In this document: piece by piece, positions 19,250 through 27,289 of the stretch
Layout: every line of letters begins with the position of its first letter
Position numbering within the stretch: the stretch's first letter is position 1
Virus record (IMG/VR): IMGVR_UViG_3300020409_000023
Location: 1-51,351 of that record
Length of the DNA stretch: 51,351 nt
Reading direction: 5' to 3' (one strand)
Origin: a virus
Lineage: Duplodnaviria; Caudoviricetes
The notes under the pieces: generated by a model
Told to the model about the DNA's origin: nothing
Database searches by the model: none
Seen by the model: the letters and a program-made list of their open reading frames with translations, nothing else
Position numbers and translations under genes: made by a program

Positions 19250-19420
19250 TAATTTAACTAACTTAACTAAGCTAACTAAACTAAATCCTAAAAAAATCCC
19301 TCGCTCCCTCGCTCCCTCGCTCCCTCGTTCGTTGGGTGCGGGTCTGTGTCTGGGTTCGTGTGTTTAAAAAACTAGAGCGAGTGATAGAGTAGAGCGATAG
19401 AGTAGATTGATAGAGCGATT
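19250..19420. repeat. Short-repeat cluster downstream of TerS
   Basis: (AACT/CTAA)n at ~19255-19291; (TCCCTCGC)x4 at 19297-19327; purine-rich GATAGAG(T/C) repeats at ~19373-19419. Confidence 0.85.
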
Positions 19421-19424
19421 GGAC

Positions 19425-19958
19425 TCAGTCAGTTTGCCTGAAGTCACCCTCAATGACATTGGATTCAGTAGAGCGTTTCTTTATTAATTCTTCGAGTCGA
19501 GTGAGGATGTCGTCCTTGGACATCAAATCAATCTTTGCGGTCAGTATCTCGCGTCTATCGATGTAGAGTCCACCAGCTTTGCCTCGGTGCACTTCGGCTG
19601 TTATGGCTGCGGATATCTGTCCTTGGTCCTTGGCTTCTTCTCGCAGGTCGTGGAGCGTGGACAAATGACTCTCTAGAGAAACTGCGTCCCTCTCTGAGGC
19701 TGCGATTTCCAGATCAATCAGGTAGTTTCGTACAACTGGGTTATGATTGAGTAATACGCTGCCCTGTGTCTTAGCCCCCTTCCTGTCCTTTGTATATCCT
19801 GCTTTGATAGCAGCTTCGGTAGCTGTTTGCCCTTTTAAATACTCCTTACAAAACTTCTTTTGTTTCGAGTTGAGTGGCTGCCATATCTTACCTTTGTCGT
19901 CAACATATGCTTTACCGTCTTCAGTGGGGATTAATTGCGTGTAAGTCAGCTGTTTCAT
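19425..19958 (-). CDS. terS: Terminase small subunit
   Basis: LNSKQKKFCKEYLKGQTATEAAIKAGY...GSVLL HTH typical of the Terminase_2 family. Confidence 0.85.
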   Translation of the reverse strand: MKQLTYTQLIPTEDGKAYVDDKGKIWQPLNSKQKKFCKEYLKGQTATEAAIKAGYTKDRKGAKTQGSVLLNHNPVVRNYLIDLEIAASERDAVSLESHLSTLHDLREEAKDQGQISAAITAEVHRGKAGGLYIDRREILTAKIDLMSKDDILTRLEELIKKRSTESNVIEGDFRQTD

Positions 19959-20196
19959 ATCCTATAGAGTTATTACAATAATAATAGAAAATATCAAAAT
20001 AAAATAGTTTTCTCGTGCCCTCTAGTGAATCTTACCATATGTTTCTAATAACTAATAGAAAATCTATTACTTTTGATAGAGACAGGAATCCAATGATATA
20101 GACCATTACAGAACGATTCTATTACTATATTAGAGATATTAGTAGTTTTTAACATTTCTTTGAATAAAAAATTTTATTTTTAAAAACACTAATACG
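19959..20196 (-). repeat. Non-coding element A (homologous to inverted element B at 39283-39505)
   Basis: Four collinear shared blocks (17/17, 11/11, 19/22, 9/9 identity) with element B in opposite orientation. Confidence 0.8.
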
Positions 20197-20202
20197 ATAA
20201 AT

Positions 20203-20234
20203 AAAAACCCCCGACTGTCGTAAACAATCGGGGG
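20203..20234 (-). terminator. Rho-independent terminator ending early region
   Basis: - strand CCCCCGATTG-TTTACGA-CAGTCGGGGG-TTTTT. Confidence 0.85.
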
Positions 20235-20251
20235 CTGAGAGAAATCTTTAT

Positions 20252-20566
20252 TTATTTCTTAAACGGTGCTGATTCGTGACATTGTCGCAATGTTATGTAA
20301 TGTAAAGGGTAATCACCACCATCCATTTCTAATATTAAATAATCATGATCACCTTTTCGATACGTGTACATAACTACTCCGTTTATATCTGCCTCGACCT
20401 TCTCAAAATTATCGTAATCTAAGTCTTCCTCATTTACCATAATCTCTCTAGGGTCTGAGCCATGCTCTCTGCCTCCGACATAGACCTCGGTCGCATAGTT
20501 TTTATCAGTGCTTCCGAAGTTTACGTCAGAGTTTATTTCTATCCAATCCTTCATTTTATCTGTCAT
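20252..20566 (-). CDS. Hypothetical early protein (acidic)
   Basis: 104 aa; AGAAAGAGAGAAAG leader; upstream promoter. Confidence 0.75.
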   Translation of the reverse strand: MTDKMKDWIEINSDVNFGSTDKNYATEVYVGGREHGSDPREIMVNEEDLDYDNFEKVEADINGVVMYTYRKGDHDYLILEMDGGDYPLHYITLRQCHESAPFKK

Positions 20567-20616
20567 ATCTTTCTCTCTTTCTTACGCTTCGGGATAATTC
20601 CCTAACGCTTATATAT

Positions 20617-20651
20617 ATTATAAAGGGGAGCAAAACCACTTTAAAGCAGTA
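20617..20651 (-). promoter_or_regulatory. Early promoter P1
   Basis: TACTGC-TTTAAA-N17-TATAAT. Confidence 0.75.
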
Positions 20652-20673
20652 CGCGAAAACGCCAAGCGACGCT

Positions 20674-21018
20674 CTACGCAGTCTCGTCAGTAGGTATCGG
20701 CTCTAATATATCGTCACCTAAATACCAAAACTCTTTCTTAGTATCGAACTCTACGGCAATAAGCTCAGCACCTTCCCAGTTTTGTAATATCGGGTCGTCC
20801 GTTAATACTCCTGCATGTTCGTCGCCGAGTAGTCCGAGCTGACTATCCATCACCGCATTCCATAAATCACTATAGAGGTCTACTACTTTTAAGAAGTCTT
20901 CTCGAGTACCTCTAAACATTTTATGCATACCTTTCGGGCTACTAACCGTGTAATCAGTTTTTCTAACTGTTTCTCCTGTAGGGTCTAATATATAAAACTC
21001 ATAGATTTTATCAGTCAT
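20674..21018 (-). CDS. Hypothetical early protein
   Basis: 114 aa; GGAGG RBS; ATGA overlap. Confidence 0.75.
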   Translation of the reverse strand: MTDKIYEFYILDPTGETVRKTDYTVSSPKGMHKMFRGTREDFLKVVDLYSDLWNAVMDSQLGLLGDEHAGVLTDDPILQNWEGAELIAVEFDTKKEFWYLGDDILEPIPTDETA

Positions 21019-21218
21019 ACTCGTTTACCTCCCGTAGGGTCAGCTAGAGCAACGTATGGATCGTCGCCGTCATATTCGAACATCTGTAATGCTTTATTTC
21101 GAACATGGTTAGCCGTGTAATTATCCATAGCTTCTCTACATTTTTCTTCGGTCATACCCCATACTCTAGGTACGCCCACCTCGATACATTTTCCAACATA
21201 TACTTTTTTCTTAGTCAT
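21015..21218 (-). CDS. Hypothetical early protein
   Basis: 67 aa; AAGAAAGGAGAAAGTTATG leader. Confidence 0.75.
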   Translation of the reverse strand: MTKKKVYVGKCIEVGVPRVWGMTEEKCREAMDNYTANHVRNKALQMFEYDGDDPYVALADPTGGKRV

Positions 21219-21253
21219 AACTTTCTCCTTTCTTATTAATAGTTATTAAGTAC

Positions 21254-21288
21254 ATTTTACTTACGAATACCGCCAAAGTAAAGCAGTA
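21254..21288 (-). promoter_or_regulatory. Early promoter P2
   Basis: TACTGC-TTTACT-N17-TAAAAT. Confidence 0.8.
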
Positions 21289-21374
21289 ATACCAAAGGGT
21301 GAGTGCTCTCGTCAGACAACTGCACTCTAAGTTGTTATGACAGGGAAAATGAAAATACACAAAACCTGCTGACT

Positions 21375-21575
21375 TCAACCTTCTTCCTTAAACTTTCGTA
21401 ATAAAAAGTCTTGGTTAGCTTCAAAATAATCTGTTTTACTCAGAACTTCTTGCTCACCATACGCTTCTTTCTCGAGTAGATATGCTTGGTACATATTATC
21501 AAAAAAGATTTCGTACGGGCTACGCTTATCCGACCATGAGTAATTATATTCTGCAATTAATTTTTTTATATTCAT
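21375..21575 (-). CDS. Hypothetical early protein
   Basis: 66 aa; AGGAG RBS. Confidence 0.7.
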   Translation of the reverse strand: MNIKKLIAEYNYSWSDKRSPYEIFFDNMYQAYLLEKEAYGEQEVLSKTDYFEANQDFLLRKFKEEG

Positions 21576-21738
21576 AGTTTGCTCCTAATTATGAAGGCGT
21601 TGTTCATATGATTTCTCCTAGTCTAGTTTACAGAGTATATATCCTCTAATGTAAGCTACAAACATCAGTTCCTCATCAAACAGGATTTGGTCTTTAATAG
21701 CTATCCTCTTTTCCGCTAACCTTCATATTTAATCTAGC

Positions 21739-21807
21739 GATGATAGTAGGAGTGCAGGGGGCTATTTCTCCTGCGTTCTGTATACAACCCATCTTCCTAC
21801 TATCATC
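21739..21807 (-). other. Intergenic RNA stem-loop
   Basis: Perfect 13-bp inverted repeat GATGATAGTAGGA/TCCTACTATCATC enclosing an inner GCAGG/CCTGC hairpin; starts 6 nt after a stop codon. Confidence 0.7.
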
Positions 21808-21812
21808 TAAAA

Positions 21813-22037
21813 TTAATCCAATAACGTCATATACGCTTCAGGTTCGTGTTGCATAAACCAATCGATACCTTCACGTAAATCGTCATGGTGACCTAATACT
21901 TCTGCACCTTTGATAAAATCATAAACTGCAAGAGCATCAGGTGGTAACATTACGCTCTCGCCTGAAAAAGGATTAGTAACCCTCTTCGGTTCAGCGTCCA
22001 TTATTTTTAAACCCACTGGTAGTTCTCTAGCCGTCAT
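21813..22037 (-). CDS. Hypothetical early protein
   Basis: 74 aa, NPFSGESV...AVYDFIKGAE...EAYMTLLD; GAGG RBS. Confidence 0.75.
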   Translation of the reverse strand: MTARELPVGLKIMDAEPKRVTNPFSGESVMLPPDALAVYDFIKGAEVLGHHDDLREGIDWFMQHEPEAYMTLLD

Positions 22038-22320
22038 AATTACCTCGCGTATGCTGTTTTACGTATTCAGGACTGAAGTCCTCTGGTGGACCTTCAGCAA
22101 TATATGAATAAGTATGTTCTAAATACTGTTCTAAAAACCTCAAAACATCGCTTTTGTAGAGTTTATCGGAAGGTCCATAAACTTTTTCAAAGTCGAGTAA
22201 TACCTCGACCACCCAGTTATGAGCCTCCATTATCTGTTTATCGGTAAAGTTCTCGTATTGTAAATGCTCAGTAATATATTTGAGCGACTGATTTTTAATC
22301 TCACTTGTAGTCAACATCAT
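22027..22320 (-). CDS. Hypothetical early protein
   Basis: 97 aa; GAGGAGG RBS; overlaps neighbours. Confidence 0.7.
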   Translation of the reverse strand: MMLTTSEIKNQSLKYITEHLQYENFTDKQIMEAHNWVVEVLLDFEKVYGPSDKLYKSDVLRFLEQYLEHTYSYIAEGPPEDFSPEYVKQHTRGNYDG

Positions 22321-22522
22321 CAGCCTCCTCTTTACTTAGTAGTGTCTTTACACGATCAACCGTCTGCTTTTCCATTTCTAGCATAAGTATGCGGTTTTTC
22401 AGGGCTAGTATTTCGTCAACAAGTTGTTTATTGACGTCCTCTTGTGATTTTTGAGTCTCGACAACTTTACGTAAAGTCTCCGTAAGTTTGTCAAGTAACT
22501 CGATCATCATTTTTTCATTCAT
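22301..22522 (-). CDS. Hypothetical coiled-coil early protein
   Basis: 73 aa; conserved AAGAAAGGAGAAAGTTATG leader. Confidence 0.75.
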   Translation of the reverse strand: MNEKMMIELLDKLTETLRKVVETQKSQEDVNKQLVDEILALKNRILMLEMEKQTVDRVKTLLSKEEADDVDYK

Positions 22523-22556
22523 AACTTTCTCCTTTCTTGTTATTAGTTATTATTAA

Positions 22557-22591
22557 ATTATAAGTACGAGTATTAGCAGAGTAAAGCACTA
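22557..22591 (-). promoter_or_regulatory. Early promoter P3
   Basis: TAGTGC-TTTACT-N17-TATAAT. Confidence 0.85.
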
Positions 22592-22792
22592 TACTAAGCC
22601 CCTGACTTTAGCCATACGTTTAGACATGCGGTAAATTGCACGACCACATTTAGGGTCTAAAAATATCGTAGGGTCACGTTGTTCGTTACCTTGTTGGTCT
22701 TTAGTTATACGCTGTACGTGTTTAGCTTGTCGCCAATCGACGCCACCTTTTTTCAAAACTCTGCGTAATATCTTAGCTTTCTTACTATTCAT
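22589..22792 (-). CDS. Small basic hypothetical protein
   Basis: MNSKKAKILRR...CGRAIYRMSK; ATGA overlap. Confidence 0.7.
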   Translation of the reverse strand: MNSKKAKILRRVLKKGGVDWRQAKHVQRITKDQQGNEQRDPTIFLDPKCGRAIYRMSKRMAKVRGLV

Positions 22793-23088
22793 CCCCCAAC
22801 ACTCACTACAGGTAGTTTGTTATAATCTTCATACTCCATATCTAGTAAAAACCTATCCATAACCATAGGGTCGTCTACGCTTGGAATATTGAATACCGCT
22901 CGTACTTCGACATCGTTATGATCAAGAGTCATAACTATCGGAAACTTAACCGTCTCATGATCGAATCCTAATGTGTTAATAGTTTCATTAATTGTATACA
23001 TATCAGGATATTGATTTTTATTGGTACGTTCCGCTTGTTCTACTAATTTTTCTAGTATTGGGATTGTTGCATATTTAATTTTTTTCAT
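22789..23088 (-). CDS. Hypothetical early protein
   Basis: 99 aa; GAGGAG RBS. Confidence 0.75.
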   Translation of the reverse strand: MKKIKYATIPILEKLVEQAERTNKNQYPDMYTINETINTLGFDHETVKFPIVMTLDHNDVEVRAVFNIPSVDDPMVMDRFLLDMEYEDYNKLPVVSVGG

Positions 23089-23238
23089 CTATCTCCTCTG
23101 TTTAGTCCAAGCTGTAAATATTTTTACAGCTTCTTGTCTATCTAAATCGAAAGCGTCTTTTAACACCATAGGAGCCATGAACATATTCGTAGCTCCAGAT
23201 TCTTGCATATCATCTAAAAAATCAAAATATTCTTTCAT
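23089..23238 (-). CDS. Small conserved phage protein (49 aa)
   Basis: Not in track: MKEYFDFLDDMQESGATNMFMAPMVLKDAFDLDRQEAVKIFTAWTKQRR*; fills the gap exactly; ESGxTNM motif resembles DUF5049-like proteins. Confidence 0.7.
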   Translation of the reverse strand: MKEYFDFLDDMQESGATNMFMAPMVLKDAFDLDRQEAVKIFTAWTKQRR

Positions 23239-23239
23239 A

Positions 23240-23665
23240 TCACCACCAAGTTTCCATAACGCACTTATGTTCTGCAGCGACTCTAAACATAAGGGCTAAG
23301 TCTTTTATTTCTTTGACTGTATAGTCAAAGATAGGTCCACCTTCTGGATAAACATTACAAAACTTTTGCCACTCTATTTTTTCATCATCAGGAAGTTCTG
23401 CTAGATTCTGTTCTATATATTCATCTAGAGCATCGGCATACCGTTCTAGTTCATCAGACGGTATAACTTCGTCTTCGTCAAGGTGCCAGATACCTTCACG
23501 CTCTCCTATTAAAGAAGCCACAAATGATTCATAGCAACCACCCCTAAACGAGCCATTACCCTGACCACTAAAGAATAAGCCACCTGTTAGACTACAATCT
23601 TTGAGACGTTCATCCTTAAACATCTCGTCACGATTACCTTTCATAATATAACAATCTAAACCCAT
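23240..23665 (-). CDS. Hypothetical early protein
   Basis: MGLDCY...SFRG..YE...WW; TGATG coupling. Confidence 0.75.
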   Translation of the reverse strand: MGLDCYIMKGNRDEMFKDERLKDCSLTGGLFFSGQGNGSFRGGCYESFVASLIGEREGIWHLDEDEVIPSDELERYADALDEYIEQNLAELPDDEKIEWQKFCNVYPEGGPIFDYTVKEIKDLALMFRVAAEHKCVMETWW

Positions 23666-24066
23666 CAGTAATACCCTGCAATTTCCATTCCTGGCTCGTC
23701 ATAAAACGCCGTAATCTGTACGTCAGGATAAAGTTGTCTAAGTTTTTCAATAACAGGTTCAGGGGGACTCCAAGCTGTGCTGAAAGTATATTCCACCTCA
23801 TCATCAGTTACTATCTCAACATGGTCATCGTAACTATTCCATTTAGTACCCCAGTTTTGTACACGCCAATCCCACCATTTAGGCATACGAAAATCGTCTT
23901 TTTCATCTTCATTTGGGAACGTTGATTTTACTTCGACTTTATCGTAATCAGGTTCAGGAATCACCTTACTAAAGTCAAAAACAGTATCTTCTGATTTTAG
24001 TTCCGAAGCGATTTTACTCGCTTCTTCACCATAAATCGATATTTTGTTAAAACAATTATTAGGCAT
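23665..24066 (-). CDS. DUF1281/YubB ferredoxin-like domain protein
   Basis: MPNxCxN, FDFSKVIPEP, WWDWRVQNWGTKWN, FSTAWSPPEPV, YDEPG signature. Confidence 0.85.
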   Translation of the reverse strand: MPNNCFNKISIYGEEASKIASELKSEDTVFDFSKVIPEPDYDKVEVKSTFPNEDEKDDFRMPKWWDWRVQNWGTKWNSYDDHVEIVTDDEVEYTFSTAWSPPEPVIEKLRQLYPDVQITAFYDEPGMEIAGYY

Positions 24067-24068
24067 GA

Positions 24069-24206
24069 TTACCTCCCTATATGTTTGATGTCGTCTCTAG
24101 GAATAACCTGATACGCTCCTTTATTATACGCAGGGGCAATAGTGTATTGACTACTAATGCGTCTACGCTCCTCTGGTGACAATGGTTTATCGTCTTTTTT
24201 ATTCAT
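24069..24206 (-). CDS. Small conserved phage protein (45 aa)
   Basis: Not in track: MNKKDDKPLSPEERRRISSQYTIAPAYNKGAYQVIPRDDIKHIGR*; conserved leader AAGAAAGGAGAAAGTTATG. Confidence 0.8.
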   Translation of the reverse strand: MNKKDDKPLSPEERRRISSQYTIAPAYNKGAYQVIPRDDIKHIGR

Positions 24207-24239
24207 AACTTTCTCCTTTCTTGTTTAGTTATAGTATTA

Positions 24240-24274
24240 ATATTAAACGGCAATATAAGCAAAGTAAAGCACTA
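24240..24274 (-). promoter_or_regulatory. Early promoter P4
   Basis: TAGTGC-TTTACT-N17-TAATAT. Confidence 0.75.
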
Positions 24275-24306
24275 TTAAGCACCACGCAACAACTAAGACA
24301 TATAGG

Positions 24307-24528
24307 TCATTTGGTATCATCGTGCTTTATATTACGCAATCTTGCGTGTAAAGAATTTTCATCTTTTTGTTGTTTTTCTTCTACGAAATCATAAACCGCA
24401 TTACTAAATCCAGTACCTGACGTCTCGGCGTACAGTCCTGCTTCTGCCATAGAGTCTAGATATCTACTTAATTCAATAACCGTAGTTTCAATAACATCAC
24501 CGTTATCTAGAATAAATTGTACTTTCAT
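24307..24528 (-). CDS. Hypothetical early protein
   Basis: Start moved to ATG 24528 (GGAG RBS); the track's upstream extension lies within a hairpin. Confidence 0.7.
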   Translation of the reverse strand: MKVQFILDNGDVIETTVIELSRYLDSMAEAGLYAETSGTGFSNAVYDFVEEKQQKDENSLHARLRNIKHDDTK

Positions 24529-24543
24529 GTTTTCTCCAAAGTG

Positions 24544-24600
24544 GTGAGTGTACGAACAATAGTGTAACATCGGGACTATTTACAGTGTCCGCACACTCAC
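24544..24600 (-). other. Intergenic long hairpin
   Basis: - strand GUGAGUGUGCGGAC pairs with GUUCGUACACUCAC (14 bp incl. 2 G-U), then a bulge and AAUAGU/ACUAUU. Confidence 0.7.
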
Positions 24601-24606
24601 AGGTAA

Positions 24607-24963
24607 TTATACCTTCGAAAAGTAACCTTCGTTCTTTAATCTTTTGATATAAAATCTAAAGATTCTCAAAGGGTCTTGGTTAGTAATCAAATTACCTTGT
24701 TTGACAGCAAGTTTAACCAAATCCTGTGCTGTAAAGCTAGATGAGTCAAGCTCACCTTTTTTAGCTTCTTGTACAGTTTTAATTAAAGCCATCATCTGTG
24801 CAGTTTTGCACTCGATTTTTTTACCACTGTACTTATATAAAGTACGTGCTGAGCCTTTACTGGCTTGTTTTGGTTCAGGGATAGTTACCCCATTACCTTT
24901 TGCTGTCTTTTTGACAGCGGGTCTTCTTTTTACAGAAGATGAAGTTGAAGTTTGCGTTTGCAT
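24607..24963 (-). CDS. Basic hypothetical protein, possible winged-helix DNA binder
   Basis: Start moved to ATG 24963 behind AGAAAGGAGAAAG; Lys-rich; TNQDPLRIFRFY..RL..EG. Confidence 0.7.
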   Translation of the reverse strand: MQTQTSTSSSVKRRPAVKKTAKGNGVTIPEPKQASKGSARTLYKYSGKKIECKTAQMMALIKTVQEAKKGELDSSSFTAQDLVKLAVKQGNLITNQDPLRIFRFYIKRLKNEGYFSKV

Positions 24964-25018
24964 ATCTTTCTCCTTTCTATTGTTAAAATTACCTACCTTG
25001 TGGTAGAACATAGTACCT

Positions 25019-25053
25019 ATTCTGCCTTAGATTAAAACGAAAGTAAAGCAGTA
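25019..25053 (-). promoter_or_regulatory. Early promoter P5
   Basis: TACTGC-TTTACT-N17-CAGAAT (weak -10). Confidence 0.6.
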
Positions 25054-25058
25054 TAAGA

Positions 25059-25280
25059 TTAGTCTTGATTAACGTAATTACGATTAGCCCCGTAGAGAAA
25101 ATCACCAATATCATCTTTTAGTTTTGCAACATCTTCCCAAAGCATAGCATTAGGAATAATATCAATCATATTAAGACTTTTCTCTAGTAGAGCTCTAGCC
25201 TTCACTAAATCGTTAGCCTGATGATCTACGTGCTTCTCTAAATCTTTTACGTATTGTTCAAGGTCTAGTCTTTTCTCCAT
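25059..25280 (-). CDS. Hypothetical protein
   Basis: 73 aa; AAGGA RBS. Confidence 0.7.
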   Translation of the reverse strand: MEKRLDLEQYVKDLEKHVDHQANDLVKARALLEKSLNMIDIIPNAMLWEDVAKLKDDIGDFLYGANRNYVNQD

Positions 25281-25549
25281 ATCCTTACTCCTGATTGTTC
25301 TTTATCACCAGTACCTATCTTTTCTAGACGGTATCTGATTATAAAATGCTGCTCAGGGTCTTGTTTTTTACCAAAAGTCCGAGTAGCTTGTGATAAACGG
25401 TTTTTCATACGTTGGGCGTTATCACCTTCCTCCAACGGTATAAAGATAGAGTCACCTACTTCCATATCAGCAAAAGGGTAGTTTGATCTACTCCTAGTAT
25501 CTTCAGGAAGGGGTATGCCTTTATCTATTTTAATTTCAAAATCAGCCAT
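25265..25549 (-). CDS. Conserved small phage protein
   Basis: KIDKGIPLP...YPFADMEVGDSIFIP...GVRIWR pattern, common in phages. Confidence 0.8.
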   Translation of the reverse strand: MADFEIKIDKGIPLPEDTRSRSNYPFADMEVGDSIFIPLEEGDNAQRMKNRLSQATRTFGKKQDPEQHFIIRYRLEKIGTGDKEQSGVRIWRKD

Positions 25550-25793
25550 CTAATTCCTCTATATCTGTTTTAGAAAAATGGACTAAGCCCTTTTCTTCTA
25601 AAAAGTTTTTCCAAAAAGCCAGTAGAGTAGTAGCATCACCATCGGCAACACCTGCTAACTCTTGGCAACCTTGCGTAATCATAGTGTCGGACACTACCTG
25701 AGCCAAGTCTTCTAGACCTGACTCATGTAGAGCAACCCATATCATACTCATGACTTCGTGGTCAAATTTGTAATGTGTAGGGTTATCAGACAT
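25542..25793 (-). CDS. Hypothetical protein
   Basis: 83 aa; TAATG coupling. Confidence 0.7.
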   Translation of the reverse strand: MSDNPTHYKFDHEVMSMIWVALHESGLEDLAQVVSDTMITQGCQELAGVADGDATTLLAFWKNFLEEKGLVHFSKTDIEELDG

Positions 25794-26827
25794 TAGGCAG
25801 TCTCCGCATATTTAATAGCTAAATCTAATGCTTTAGCTTTGCGGTTAGCTGCCACGCCGAACCAAGAACTATGTAAGCTGTTACCTTTTTCGTGCGACTC
25901 ACGTAAATGGTCTTCTACGTAGGTAACTGCATTTAAAGCACCCCACCAAGTACCTTTAGAAGAAGCTAGATTGGCTCCTGGCTGTTGCTCAAGAGCGTCT
26001 ACTACCAACTTAGGGTACTTATTGAACTGCTCGATAAGTGGTGCTTGTTCACCAATTAACTTACCATCAGCTTTTAGTTTAGCTTCATGACGATACGTCA
26101 ACATAGTATTAGGTTGATATAACTCACCTACGAAGTCTAAAAACTGCGGGTGTTTAGCTTTCTTCTTAGAAAGAAACTCCGCAGCTTCTTTAAACTTAGA
26201 CATCTTCTGTGCTGATAGACCTAACGCCTCCTCAGCAGCTTCCATGACGTCTACCCCAAACTCTTTAACGTGTGGCATACGGAACGATGCCGTACCTTTC
26301 TCGCCTAGAGCAAAAGTAAGAGTGTTATTACAAACAACTCTTATCGGGGTAAGTTTAATAGTCATCGACTTACCTACTACGTGCGGTTGGTGTATTAAAA
26401 GATACCCTTTAATATGGTCTTCACCCGCAAGTTCGAAGTCCTCAGAAATTTTGGCTAAGCCCCAAATTTCTCCACCGTCTTTTAAACTACCTGCGGTTTC
26501 CATTTTCATGTGTCCCGCTTCAGTAAAGCGTTTAAAAAACTCAAATATGTCCTTATTTTGGACGGGGATATAATCCCTACCACAATGACTAAGAACACGG
26601 TTATCAGAATCGCGAACGATGTGGAAAGTATTTTCCGCTTGGATTAATCCAACATCGTCGCCCCACTCAGGTGCGTCAAGCGTATAACTAGGACGTTTAC
26701 TAACTGTCCAGTCTAGACCTGCTGCCTCCTGCATTTGTAATGGCGTAAGGTCATCACTTACTTCGACACCTAATCCGTGCCAAGGTACTCGATTTGCCCA
26801 TGCCATTGTTTCTACTTGATGTGCCAT
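25793..26827 (-). CDS. DUF932/DUF945 phage-plasmid family protein
   Basis: MAHQVETMA...PWHGLG...AGLDWTV...ETAGSLKDG...TPIRVVCNNTL...WGALNAVTYVEDH. Confidence 0.9.
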   Translation of the reverse strand: MAHQVETMAWANRVPWHGLGVEVSDDLTPLQMQEAAGLDWTVSKRPSYTLDAPEWGDDVGLIQAENTFHIVRDSDNRVLSHCGRDYIPVQNKDIFEFFKRFTEAGHMKMETAGSLKDGGEIWGLAKISEDFELAGEDHIKGYLLIHQPHVVGKSMTIKLTPIRVVCNNTLTFALGEKGTASFRMPHVKEFGVDVMEAAEEALGLSAQKMSKFKEAAEFLSKKKAKHPQFLDFVGELYQPNTMLTYRHEAKLKADGKLIGEQAPLIEQFNKYPKLVVDALEQQPGANLASSKGTWWGALNAVTYVEDHLRESHEKGNSLHSSWFGVAANRKAKALDLAIKYAETA

Positions 26828-26883
26828 AAAACCTCCGTTTTGTTTGCACTGTTATAATGAGCGTAGTTGTTAGCTACCCGTAT

Positions 26884-26918
26884 ATTTAAAAGTACAGCTT
26901 TAAGAAAGTAAAGCACTA
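26884..26918 (-). promoter_or_regulatory. Early promoter P6
   Basis: TAGTGC-TTTACT-N17-TTAAAT. Confidence 0.65.
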
Positions 26919-27289
26919 CTAAGAGCCCCCCAATCGTAAGGAACGTTTAACGTAAGCAACGCGGGAGAGTTATAACCACCCTTCATCAATTCTTTTACTC
27001 CTGTTAAACTGTCTATATGGTAGAGCTTCAGCTCAGCATTTTTTCTAGCTAAAACAAACACTTGACCACCATGAGCTGCTCGTTTACCTAACCACGCTAC
27101 TTGCATAGGGCGTAGAGTAAGAGCATTACCAGAATGTATTTCTTTTAGTTCTACCCAAAATTCTTTACCTTTCGCACAACCATTTACATCAGGTACTCCT
27201 GCACCTGTCATTCCTGTTTCAATTCTTTGTAAGTGTATAGACGGTAGATTAGTCCGCATTAACAACCATAGGTTCTTCTCTTTCGCCAT
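26900..27289 (-). CDS. PD-(D/E)XK nuclease, VRR-NUC/Holliday-junction resolvase-like
   Basis: RIE...GVPDV...FWVELK...LRPMQVAW...GGQVFVL. Confidence 0.85.
   Translation of the reverse strand: MAKEKNLWLLMRTNLPSIHLQRIETGMTGAGVPDVNGCAKGKEFWVELKEIHSGNALTLRPMQVAWLGKRAAHGGQVFVLARKNAELKLYHIDSLTGVKELMKGGYNSPALLTLNVPYDWGALSSALLS

Noticed and set aside
19297-19420. Short repeats as CRISPR or mini-array
   Set aside because: Units are 7-8 bp, tandem, without unique spacers; no cas genes.
21305-21345. CUGACGA after a stem on the - strand, suggesting a hammerhead ribozyme
   Set aside because: No GAAA core or stems II/III in a compatible position.
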